Shown here: positions 52,136 through 63,800 of the stretch, piece by piece
Numbering within the stretch: position 1 is the stretch's first letter
Layout: each line of letters opens with the position of its first letter
Source of the DNA: Anolis carolinensis
Taxonomy: Eukaryota
DNA: 64,000 bases
Reading direction: 5' to 3'
NCBI RefSeq assembly: GCF_035594765.1
Contig: NC_085843.1
Coordinates: 126,395,971-126,459,970 of the forward strand
Translations under genes and position numbers: made by a program
Notes under the pieces: model-generated
The model's input: only the letters and a program-made list of their open reading frames with translations
The model's database searches: none
What the model was told of the DNA's origin: nothing

Positions 52136-52516
52136 TAGGGGTCCTTAAACTTTTTAAGCAGACGGCTGGTTTACTGTTCATCAGACTGCTGGAGGACCGG
52201 ACTATAGTTTGAAAAAAACATGAACAAAATCCTATGCACACTGGACATATCTTGTTGTGGTACAAAGAAAACATATGAAAGAACAATACAATATGTACAA
52301 TGAAGAACAATTTTAACCAACATAAACTTACCAGTATTTCAGTGGGAAGTATGGGCCTGCTCCACAGATTTGAACCTGAGACCTTTTGGTCCGCAAGTTC
52401 AGCAGCTCAGCCCTTTAACACGCTGTGCCACCAGGGGCCCCGTCTAAAGTTTAGGCCCTGGTAAATGGCCTTAGAGGGTTGCATCCAGCCCATGGGTCTT
52501 ATTTTAGGGACCCGTG
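52136..52516. mobile_element. hAT (Charlie/OC1-like) non-autonomous element with an internal SINE fragment
   Basis: TAGGGGTCCTTAAA / TTTAGGGACCCGTG TIRs; near-TSD CTCTAAGG / CCCTAAGG. Confidence 0.7.
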
Positions 52517-53226
52517 CCCTAAGGTTTTTGTTCGAATATTAATGTAGAGGCTGCTATGCTCTTTATTGGATTGTCACCTTGGAGAGCTCCCACAAAGTTC
52601 AAGCTAAATCTTGGAATAGATTCACCATCTCTATGATATGGAAGGCAACTGCTGATACTGCTTCTTGTATGTCTTTCTTTTTTCTTTCAGTGGGTGGCTG
52701 GGTGGAAAAAAGGAATTTTACAATACATGCAGCTGTTTCCTTCTTTCAGAAGGTCAAAATGGGGGCAAGAAGGGAGGGGATAAAAGAAAAACAAAGGTGG
52801 GATTCTTAATGTTTATTTTGGTAAGCATGCCCCCCTAATGTAGCACACATTAAAATGCTGGGTCAGGATTTTTAAATGAATGTAATAAATATACCTATGT
52901 CAATGTAACTAGCATAACATTTGTTTCCAGCTTTAGTCTAAATATAATGTACAGTGTTCCCTCACTACTTTGCTTTTCGCGGATTCGCTGTTTCGCAGTT
53001 TTTCAATAAACCCTAAAAGAATATTATAAATCATTAAAAAATTACAATTTACAATAGTACTAGGTTTTATTCTAGTTTAATGTTTATAATCTTTAGGTTT
53101 TAAATTGTATATTGTATTGTTTTTATCACTGTTCACTGCTTTAAGACTCTTTAAGAAAAAAAAAGTATATAAATGTAATAATAATAATAACCTTCCTGTC
53201 TCAGAACCTACCCCCTTTTTCATTAT

Positions 53227-54200
53227 GTTGTCAGTTTTCATGGCTGTATGGCCATGTTCCAGAAGCATTGTCTCCTGATGTTTCACCCACATTATTATTA
53301 TTAACTTCATTTCTATCCCGCTCTTCTCACCCCGTAGGGGACTCAGAGCGGCATACAATATACATTTAGGCAAAAATTCAATGCCTCATTATACAAAGAA
53401 AATAAAAAAACATAAAATAATAGAAACAATAAACATATAAACACAATTTAAAACCATTGATATATTAAAACTTAAAACAGCATCTAGATACACCCTACTA
53501 GCCCCCCCCCTCCCTCCCATCATGATCTTAAGGTCTTCTTTGGATGGTGCTGGGTGACTGAGCCCGTGCCAGCATCCTCCTTTTATGTCCCAGCCTCTGG
53601 AGGCAGCAGGTGTTTCTGCTGGGCCTTGCTTCAGCCAGGCAGTCAGAGCCTGAGTCTGCAAGGAGCCAGGCACCAGGAGCTGAGGTCAAAGGCAGCCTGT
53701 AGCAGACAAACACTGCCCTTTCCTCCAAGCTCCGTTGCTGATGTTCTTTGGCTGTCTTGGATGGTGCTGGGTCTATGGCAGGCATCTTCAGCGGTTGTGA
53801 GGTCTGTTAGAAACTAGGCCAGTGGGGTTTATATATCTGTGGAAAGTCCAGGTGGGAGACAGAACTCGTCTGTTGGAGGCAAGTTTTTTTTTTATTGTGT
53901 CAGAAGCAATTTGAGAACATACTGCAAGTTGCTTTTGGTGTGAGAGAACTGGTCGTCTACAGAGACATTGCCTCAGGAGATGCTGGATGTGTTACTGGGA
54001 GGCTTCTCTCATATCCCCGTAAGCTAGAGCTGATGACGGGAGCTCATCCAGTCTCATGGATTTGAACTAGCAACCTCCAGGTCAGCAGTCCATGTGTGAA
54101 TGGTGCAATTGGCCAGCTTGATTAGCACTGAATGGCCTTGCAGCTTCAAAGCCTGGCTGCTTCCTGTCTGGGGGAATCCTTTGTTGGGAGGTGTTAGCTG
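53227..54200 (-). mobile_element. Penelope fragment with two nested inserts: an L2-tailed insert (53292-53771) and a Vingi-tailed SINE (about 53884-54091)
   Basis: Penelope sequence resumes colinearly after each insert. Confidence 0.7.
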
Positions 54201-54529
54201 GCGGCTGAGGGGGAAAAGGAAGGGGCCTGGGGCTGTTAGGAATTGTGGGAGTTGAAGTCCAAAACACTTGGTGGGCCAAAGTTTGCCCAAGCCTGGTTTA
54301 GTCTGCACTGTAGAATGAATGTAATTTGACACCACTTTAACTGTCAGGGTTCAATGCTAGGGAATTTGGGAAGTTGTAGTTTTGAGACACCGGCACTCTT
54401 GGATAGAGAAGGCAAAAGTCATTGTAAAACTACAATTCCCAGGATTCCAAGGCATAGCGGCTAAAGTGATGCCAATCTGCATTACTTTTGAGTGCAAAGG
54501 CTGCCAAGGACATCCCTGATGGCAGAAGG

Positions 54530-55295
54530 GAGGGGGGAGGGCAGGGAGAGCACTTCCGCTCTGCGCGAGCCACGCCTCAACCAGTCAGAGGGCGTGTTAT
54601 GGAAGAGAGGGGTGTGTGTGTGTGGGGGGGGGAAATAGCCAGCGCAGGTGAGGACCAATCAGGTGCTGCGTTGGAGTTTGGAGCCAGTTACTTACAGAGA
54701 GAGGGAGAACAAGCAAGCCGGGAGCGCGCGGGGCAAAGATGGAAGGAATGGGAGTGAAGGAAAAGTGAGGCCACGCCCCTTCTTCCGCGCTGGGTCCAAT
54801 CAGCTTCCAGGAGGCATTTCTCTCTCCTCACTCACCAGCGTGCCAGTGTTTGGGGCAAGAGCGAGAGAGCGGCGGCGGGACGGGCGCAGGCGCGCGCTAG
54901 AGGAGGAGGTGGCGGCGGCGCGCGGGGAGAGGAGGGGGGTCACCTGACAGGACTGGCAGCGCGAGCCGGCGCCGAGGAGGAGGAGAGCGAGGGAGGGCTC
55001 ATGGGACGCCCAGCGCCCTGACCGGGAGAGAGGGAAGCCAAGAGGGCCTCCTCAGGAAGGGAGAGCGCGGGATGGCGGCGGCGGCGACGATGCCCTTCCA
55101 GCCGGCCACTCTGGTCCCGCCGGAGACTCGGAAGTTCACGCGGGCGCTGAGCAAGCCCGGCACGGCGGCCGAACTGCGGCAGAGCGTCTCCGAGGTGGTG
55201 CGCGGCTCCGTCCTCCTGGTGAGTCTCGCCTGGCGCACCTCCCGGAGGCTGGGCTTCGCGGGCCGAGGAAGCACCTGGAAACGGGGCGGGGGAGA
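54530..55295 (+). promoter_or_regulatory. CpG island / promoter of DOCK9
   Basis: GC/CpG-rich; CCAATCAG boxes near 54655 and 54797; KLF/SP-type GCCACGCCCC near 54770; NRF1-like GCGCAGGCGC near 54883. Confidence 0.85.
55072..55218 (+). CDS. DOCK9: Dedicator of cytokinesis 9 (Zizimin1), coding part of first exon (phase-0 intron follows)
   Basis: Translation ...[32 protein letters not shown] matches the DOCK9 N-terminus, followed directly by donor GTGAGT at 55219. Second in-frame ATG at 55090. Exon 2 (AKPKLIEPLDYE...) not found in the window. Confidence 0.95.
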
Positions 55296-55299
55296 GCCC

Positions 55300-56190
55300 T
55301 CATCCACTTCCTCTACTTCTTTCTCCTCCTCTTCTTCCATCTTTTCTTTCTCTATCCCTTCCTATTCCTTTTCTCCTCCTCTTCCTCCCCCTCTTCCTCT
55401 ACTTCTTCCTCCTCCTCTTCCACTTTTTCTTCCTCTACCTCTTTCACTTCCTTTTCCTCCACCCTTTCCTCCACATCCTCTTCTTCTTCCTCTGAAAGAG
55501 GGACTTCCTCCACATCTTCCTCTTCCTTCACTTCCTCCTCCTTTTCCTCCCTCTCTTTTCTTCACTTCTTTCTCCTCTTCCTCCACCATTTCCTCTTCTT
55601 CCTCCTTTTCTTCAGGAAGAGGAACTTCCTCCATATCTTCCTCTTCTTCCTCCACTTTTTCCTCCTTTTCTCTTCCTCCATTTCTTTATTCTCTTCCTCC
55701 TCCTATTCCTCTACTTCTTCCTCCTCCTCCTCCTCTGGAACCTCTTCCAGAGGAACTTCCTCCATATCTTTCTCTTCTTCCTCTTTTTCAAGAGGAATTT
55801 CCTCTCCAAGAGGAATTTTCTCCATGTCTTCCTCTTCTTCCTCCTCCTCCTCCTTTTCTCTCCTTCCTCTACTTCTTTGTCCTCCTCTTCCTCCACCTTT
55901 TCCTCTTCTTCCCCTTCTTCTTCCTCTGGAAGAGGAACTTCCTCCATGTCTTCCTCTTCCTCCTCTTCTCTCCTTCCTCTACTTATTTCTCCTCTTCCTC
56001 CAACTTTTCCTTTTCTTCCTCCTCTTATTCCTCTGTAAGAGGAACTTCCTTCATGACTTCCTCTTCCTCCTCTTCTTCCTTTCCCCCCACTTCCTCCGCT
56101 TTCTCTACTTTTTCCTCTTCTTCCTCTTCCCCCTCCTCTTCATATACTTCTTTCTCCTGCTCTTCCTCCACCTTTTCCTCTTCTTCTTCC
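55300..56190. repeat. Polypyrimidine/polypurine low-complexity tract in DOCK9 intron 1
   Basis: CT-rich with the recurring unit GAAGAGGAACTTCCTCCATATCTTCCTCTTC. Confidence 0.9.
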
Positions 56191-56195
56191 TTTGC

Positions 56196-56790
56196 TTATT
56201 TATTTATTTACTACTTCCTTTATACCCTGCCTTTCCCACCCCTTTCTCATGGTGGCTTACAAATCCGGCAGAATTCAATGCCGCCTAAAATATAATTATA
56301 AAACACATCCCATCAATTAAAACCAATTAAAACAGTTGTGCAAATAAAACATATAGAACAAACAGATTAAAAACATATAAAGTGCATAATTCAATTCATC
56401 CATAATCCTTGCTCATAATCCTTATTCAGACTGTGTCAAAATCCATAATAACTTATTTTTCAAACACTTGGTTCCACAGCCAGGTGTTTAGTTTTTTTCC
56501 AAAGATCAGGAGGGAGGGAGCTGAATTAACTTCACTGGGAAGGGTGTTCCACAGCCAAGGGGGCATCACTGAGAAGGCCCTGACCCTCGTCCCCACCAGC
56601 TGTACCTGCGAAGGAGGTGGGACCGAGAGCAGGGCCTCCCCAGAAGATCTTATTCTGAGATGGTTCATAGAGGAATACATATTCAGACAGGTCAGTTGGG
56701 CCAGAACCATTTAGGACTTTATAGGCCAAGACCAGCACTTAGAATTGGGCTCGGTAGCAGACCGGCAGCCAGTGGAGCGGACGCAATAGC
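56196..56790 (-). mobile_element. L2 LINE 3' fragment
   Basis: ...GTRVRAFSVMPPWLWNTLPSEVNSAPSLLIFGKKLNTWLW; (TAAA)n tail. Confidence 0.8.
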
Positions 56791-57680
56791 TTCTGTCTAC
56801 CTTGAAGTCCTGTTGTTTACTGGTATTTGAATCCTTGATGGGGTATATTGATTTGGTTTTGTAATTGTATGTCTGTTTTTAATATCATTGTTTTGGTTTG
56901 TCTTATTATGTTTACTATGTTTAACTTTGTTGTATGGTTTGTTTGTTTTTTTACAATTGAATGTTTTTTATGTTCATGCTGGAAACTTCCCTGAGTCCTC
57001 TCGAGGAGATGGAGCAATATATAAATGTTTTATTTTATTATATCATTATATTCTGCTTCTCTTTCTACATCTTCCTCTTCTTCCTCTTGCTCCCCATTTC
57101 CTCCTCCTCTGTTAAAGTTTAAGGATCACGCAGGAGAAAATACTCCAAAACTGCCCCTGAGGTAGTGACACCTTTGATTCCTGATGGTTCACAAAAACCT
57201 TTTCTTCCTTTTTTCTTCTTCCTCTTCTTCCTCTACTTCTTCCGCCACCTCTTCCTCCTCCTCCTCCTCTACTCCTTCCTCTTCCTCCACTTCTTCCTCC
57301 TCCTCTTTCTCTACTTTTTCCTCTTCTTCCTCCTCCTCTTCTTCCTTTTCATATATTTATTCATTTACTGCACTTTACCACACTCTATCGGAACCCCGGC
57401 AGGCTTCAGAGCCACTTCCAAATTGGCAATATTAAATGCCACATAAAACATATAAATGCTTTATGCATTAAAATCATAAAAATTATAAAACAATTGCATA
57501 TAAATACTTTAAATAAGCTGTTAAACATTGCACATAGACCTGAAATAATAATCCAGAAGCCATTCCAATTACATTCAATTCCCTTCACTTCATAGCTGCA
57601 TGTTGCCCTGTACTACTCTCCAAATGCTTGGTTCCATAGCCAGATTTTAATTTTCTTTCTAAAGGACAGGAGGGAGGGAG

Positions 57681-57742
<62 letters not shown>

Positions 57743-58262
57743 GACACACACATACATACACACACACACACACCTTCTCTTCCTCCACCTTTTCCTCTAC
57801 TTCTGCCTCTTCCTCCTCCTCCACACCTTCCTCTTCTTTCCATTTCCTCCTCCTCTTCCTCTATTAAACTTTAATGATCCCTCACTCAGGAGGAAATACT
57901 CCAAATCTGCCCCTGAGGTAGTGACTTTGATTTCTGATGGCACACAAACTTTGAAGAGTGAAGGCAGTTTGACACAGTTTAAACTGACACAGTTCAATGC
58001 TATGGAATCCTGAGTTTTGAGCTTGGTTATTGCCATGACAAAAACATTATTTGAGAATAGATTGCTACTAATTACGCAAGCCAACAAAATCAAACTTTTT
58101 GAAATCATCTGAAATTAGAGTAGCAAGTTTAAATCAATTTTTATGCTGATTTTAAATATGTCTTTTATTTTTTCCATCACGTCAACTTTTAAAAATAAGA
58201 TGAATGGTACAGTAGAGCTGAGTACTGTAAAGTCTGCACATTTCGCATCATATTCGTGTAAC

Positions 58263-58580
58263 ACAAGCCAAAAAGTATTTTTCATCAGATATAATTTTAG
58301 GTCATTCTTAACAGAGTTTTTTGCGCTGAATTCAGATCTGTGTTTACTTTTTTTCTATCGTGTAGTTTTTGCAATGAGGCTAATTGAATAATTAATGCAT
58401 TTACACACTGATATCAATAGAATCTAAATGATATCACTGCGTAAATGCATTCATTATTCAATTAGCCTCAATACAAAAACTACATGTGATAGAGAAAAAA
58501 TAAACACAGATCTGAATTCAGTGCAAAAAACTCTATAAGAATGATCTAAAATTATGTCTGATGAAAATACTTGTTGGCTT

Positions 58581-58582
<2 letters not shown>
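58263..58582. mobile_element. Fold-back DNA element (Chapaev3-like termini)
   Basis: Inverted arms of about 155 bp, ACAAGCCAA.../...TTGGCTTGT; family call tentative. Confidence 0.65.
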
Positions 58583-58584
<2 letters not shown>

Positions 58585-58612
<28 letters not shown>

Positions 58613-59120
58613 GTCATTATTATTATTGACAACTTTATTTCTACCCTGCCTTTCTCCCCATGGGGACTCAAGGCAGCTAACAAACCCACACTTTAGTCAA
58701 GTTTAAAAAGCGCAATACAAATGTTTTTTTAAAAAACCCATTAAATACTACAGTGTGGCAAAAACAGAAAATACAATACATACACTTATAATAGCCTTTA
58801 CAACTCACATCAGCCCCCCCCCCCAACACACACACAACCTGCCTAAAGCCTGCCCCATACTTTTCCCTAAATGCCTGCTGGCAGAGGAAGGTCATGGTCT
58901 GCTTACTGAAGTCCAGCAGGAATGGGGGCCTCCTGGTCTCTCTTGGGAGGGAGTTCCACAGTCTGGTAGAAGTCACCCAAAAGGCCTTCTCCTGTGCTCC
59001 CACCAAACGTACTTAAGTTGGTGGTAGGACAGAGAGAAGGCCTTCCTCAGTTGATTGTAGATGTCCACCAGGTTCATAGAAAGAGATAAGGCCTTTCAGA
59101 TAACCTGGACTGGAGGCATA
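58585..59120 (-). mobile_element. L2 LINE 3' fragment
   Basis: GAQEKAFWVTSTRLWNSLPRETR...FSKQTMTFLCQQAF; (TAA)n tail. Confidence 0.7.
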
Positions 59121-59510
59121 TGAAAAGAAAATGCCAAACACATTCATTTATTAGTATCGTGGGGTGCTTCTGCACTATAGAATGAATGGAGTTTGACACC
59201 ACTTCGCTTGCCGGTCCCCAATGCCTAGTTTTACACTATCTTCTCTTGCCGAAGTATGCTGATGCCTCACCAAACTACATCTCCCATGATTCCCTAGCAG
59301 TGATCCATGGCAGTGAAAGTGGTGTGAAACTGCATGAATACTCCAATATAAATACTCAGAATGCTGTGGAATCATAGGAGTTGTACATTGGTGAGGCACC
59401 AGCATTCTTGGGCAGAGAAGGCTGAAGACCTTGTAAAACTACAACTCCCAGGATTCCCTAATACTAACCCATGGCAAGTCAGATGGTGCCAAACAGTCTT
59501 CATTCTACAG

Positions 59511-60403
59511 CACGGGTCACCAAACTAAGGCCCGTGGTCCAGATGCGGCCCTCCAAGGCCATTTACCTGGCCTCTGTACTAAACTTTAGACTTAGGGTTG
59601 ACCTAAGTCTACCTGGTTTTTGGAGGTCTCTTTGCTTACCTATGGTCTTATGAGATCGTCTAGATGGTCTTTGAATGTCTCTTTGCTTAGCTACGGCCTT
59701 ATGAGACCATCTAGATGGCTTTTGGAGGTCACCTTCCTTACCTATGGTTTTATGAGATTGTCTAGATGGCCTTTGGACCCCCCTTCCCTTACCTATGGTC
59801 TTATGAAACCATCTAGATGGTCTTTGAGAGTCCCTTTCCTTATCTATGGTCTTCTGATGGCCTGATGAGATCTTCTAGATGGCCTTTGAGGGCCCCTTTC
59901 CTTATTGATGATCTTATGAGATCATCTAGATGGTCTTTGGAGGTCTCTTTCCTTACCTATGGTCCTATGAGACTGTCTAGATGGCCTTTGAGGGTCCCTT
60001 TCCTTACCTATGGTCTTATGAAACCATCTAGATGGTCTTTGAGGATTTCTTTCCTTACCTATCATCTTCTGATGGCCTGATGAGATAATCTAGATGGCCT
60101 TTGAGGGTCTCTTTCCTTACTGATGTTCTTATAAGACCATCTAGATGGTCTTTGGAGGTCTCTTTGCTTACCTATGGTCTTATGAGATCGTCTAGATCAG
60201 GGGTCACCAAACTAAGGCCCTCCAAGGTCATTTCCCTGGCCCCTGTCCTAAACATTAGACTTAGGGTTGACCTAACTCTGAAATGAGTTGATGACACACA
60301 ACAACAACAATCCTAATTTTGGATTATTTCATCATAGTCTGCCCCCCCAACAGTCTGAGGGACCGTGAACCGGCCCTTCACTTAAAAAGTTTGAGGACCC
60401 CTG
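59511..60403. mobile_element. Composite hAT element carrying a minisatellite
   Basis: 8-bp TSD TTCTACAG at 59503-59510 and 60404-60411; two 5' ends (59511 and 60198) and one 3' end. Confidence 0.8.
59615..60197. repeat. 51-bp minisatellite with 215-bp higher-order period
   Basis: TCTAGA at 59659, 59710, 59761, 59812, 59874, 59925, 59976, 60027, 60089, 60140 and 60191. Confidence 0.9.
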
Positions 60404-60535
60404 TTCTACAGTATAGAACAACGTTCTTTAAACGTACAACGTTATTTAAAAACATGCCTAAAATTACCATCAGCATATATGCATGAGAAACAAATGAACG
60501 TAGTGTTTTGACTGGAGTCTCATCTCCAAGATGTG

Positions 60536-60879
60536 CAGTAGAGTCTCACTTATCCAACATAAACGGGCCGGCAGAACGTTGGATAAGTGAAAATGTTGGA
60601 TAATAAGGAGGGATTAAGGAAAAGCCTATAAAACATCAAATTATGTTATGATTTTACAAATTAAGCGCCAAAACATCATGTTTTACAACAAATTGATAGA
60701 AAAAGCAATTCAGTACACGGTAATGTTATGTAGTAATTACTATATTAATGAATTTAGCACCAAAACATTGCAATGTATTGAAAACATTGACTACAAGAAC
60801 ATTGATTACTAAAAGGCAAACTGCATTGGATAATACAGAACGTTGGATAAGCAAAGGTTGGATAAGCGAGACTCTACTG
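60536..60879. mobile_element. Tc1/mariner-type MITE
   Basis: Same TIR family as 6666. Confidence 0.8.
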
Positions 60880-63800
60880 TATATATATACAAATATATTC
60901 CAACATCTAAAACTCTTCTGGTCCAAAGCATTTTGTATAAGGGATATTCAACCTGTATTTCATCACCCCATTTGAGCAAGCCCTTTTCCAGGTGTTTCTC
61001 TGACCCCTAAATCCAACTAAAAAACCTCCAGGTAAGCATAACTATGACCATAATCTTCACATTGCAAGGAATAGGAGAACTGCCCTTTTCCCTCATAGCC
61101 CCAGCAGAAGTTTCTCTCCCCTTCTCTAATCGTCCCCTAAGCATTTACAGGGCTTAGTCTGATCTGCTGGGTAAAGGAGTGCTGGAGAGGGGTGGAGGGA
61201 GAGGGTATGCCTGCTTCCGGCTGGGATTCCTTCCATCTCTCTCTCTCTCTTCCCATCCTGCTTTTGCTTTCCTCCCATTGGATCTATTTCCCGTCAACCT
61301 GGATCCTTCTGTTTCCCCTTCCCTGCCTCGAGACCCAGAGGGCACAAGGACGGGAAAGAAGGGGCTTTTCTTGCCATCAACCGGCTCCAGTCAGGCATAT
61401 TTTCCTGTCTCTGTAAAAACTTCCGTCCATTCACCAGGAATTCTTCATTCACTTCCTTCCCTGCAATGGGGATGAATGAATGAGTGACTAGAAAACTCTG
61501 GAGGGGATTTCAGAGAAATAAACCTGCCAGTAGATCAGGACACACTTTTGTGTTATTTCTCAGTTGTAGATGTGTCTGTAAACGGTGGTATTTGGGTGAA
61601 TTTTTTCTTCTTCTCCCATGCATTATCTCCATAGTTTTTGAAAGATCTACTTCTATCTTGCACCATATATTTAGCAAATTCTCTTCTGTTGGTGCATCTG
61701 TTTTTTTTTTAGAAATAACACAGTTTGACACCACTTTAACTGAATGCTGTGGTGTTATAGGATTGGCAGTTTGGTGAGGCACCAGCACTTTTTGAGGCAT
61801 CTACACTGTAGAATTAATGCAGTTTAAGTGCTATGGATGAATGCCATGGAATCCTAATAGTTGTAGTTTTACCTTTAGCTTTAACTGCCAGAGAAGTCTG
61901 ATGCCTTACCAAATTAAGCTCCCAGTACTCCACAGCTTTGAATCATGGCAGTTAAAGTGGGATGAAACTTCATTAATTCTACAGTATAATTGCACCCTTT
62001 GGTAGGGAAAGCTCAAGACCTTATAAAACTACAACTCCTAGGATTCTATGACATTGAGTCATAGTTGTTAAAGTGGGGTCAAACTGCGTTATTTCCTCAA
62101 GGGAGAAGTCACCTTTTGTCAATCTGGTTGCATATATTATATTTATCATTACTCTTCTTAATAGTTTTGTTTTTAATTGACTTCATCTCAGTTTTTGTCT
62201 TTTATTTGTGAAATCATTGTCAGTAGTCTGCTTTGTGATGGTCCAGTTCATAAGTGTTTGTGTGTGCATATTTTAACAGGGTGTTAGTTGGTGTTCTATA
62301 TTTATTTATTTTATATTCAATCATCTTCCTGACATGGAATCCAGTGTGGTTAATAAAATAGATTACAAAAAATTACAACAAAATTTATTATAATATTAAA
62401 AATAAAAAGGTTATATTAAAATATTACATTTCAATAGTATAAAAGCATTTTGAGGGGAAATTTAGCAATCCCTGGCTTAAAAAATCCTACATCAACCAGG
62501 ACCAAAATAAGTCTACATAAGATAGGCTTACATGAAATCACAGAGTTGGAAGATGCCATGCAGGAAGGTTTCATTTTGAGGGACATTTGATTTTGTGTTT
62601 TTTTGTGTTTTTTTGTTTGTCAAAAGCAGGAAAACAAAACTATCACATGGTACTGCCACAAACTATATAGAGATCTACAATAGCAGTGAAAATGGCTTCT
62701 GAATAGTGATCTGTTCATTATCAGTGTACATCTGCAGTAATCAGCGGGAAACATGGCTGTCATAAAGTAGACTAACACGTGGTTACCGAGTATTGTATTA
62801 CAGAGTTTGTTTTTGACATTGTTTGTATTGTTGTCCATGACTTTATTGCTCCAACACACCAATTGACTGTCTAACTGACAGAAGTAAACCATATTTAAAC
62901 AAAAAATTAACTAGAGAGGTAAAAAAAACATCTAGACAATATTGAAGCTAAAGTTTATAGCATACTGCTCTGTCTTGGTGCCTTCAGATATGCTGGACCA
63001 CAATTCCTATGATGGAAATAATATCTAGCCTGCAAGGAAACAATTGTGGGAGGCTATCCTATACCTACAATAACTGGGAATTAACCAGAAAATTCCCAGT
63101 TATTAAATGATGGACATTTATGAAATTATTTTTAAAAATTGCTTCACTTTTTAGTGCAATATGATGCAGAAGCCATTACTTGACAGATTTTCAGTTGCCT
63201 ATCTTCTTGTTTTCTGTACAGTTCTGTAGTATATTTTTAAAATTGTATACAAAAGAACTATTCACCTTGGAATTTTATTACTGTCCTAGGTTTCCTTCTT
63301 GGACTATACACTGTTGATTGTTAAAGATGCTGTGAAGTATTTGGCAGTTTCCATGCTGTTATTGTATGGTAATGTTTAGTCATTATTTGCTCTAGTCCTT
63401 CTAGTATTAAATCTATTTCTGGCTACCTGGGGAAATTAGATTCAGTAAAAGTGCTGTTAGGTAATTTAGAATGTGGAAATTAAATGTGCTCGTGCTGGTG
63501 GCCAAAATTGCATATAGGATGGAAAACCTCCAAAATCTTTGTTAATTCAGATTGGTTTTACACTCAGTCTATTTTTAGATAAGATTTAGTATCAAATCAA
63601 AAGTACTGTAAATCTTAATGCTGAATTTTTTTTTTGGAGAATGGGTTTCTGTTTCTGTTATATAAATTGAAATGAAAGATACATGACAGTTAAAGTATAT
63701 ACAATATATCTTTGATCCGTTTGGCTTCATGCAGGATTTTTTTTCTGCAGTATCATCAGCTTTCCTTTTGGATTTCATCTCATGGAGGTACCCATTGTTG

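Noticed and set aside
55072-55218. DOCK11 instead of DOCK9
   Set aside because: [11 protein letters not shown]...[10 protein letters not shown] and the UBAC2 neighbour fit DOCK9; DOCK11 reads EVRKFTKRLSK.
55072-56295. 407-aa ORF as a full protein
   Set aside because: Only the first 49 codons are DOCK9. A GTGAGT donor follows, and the rest is open because CT-rich low-complexity DNA lacks stop codons.
59615-60197. CRISPR-like array or 17-aa repeat protein
   Set aside because: Whole units are repeated with no unique spacers, there are no cas genes and the context is eukaryotic; reading frames break at the 62-bp units.
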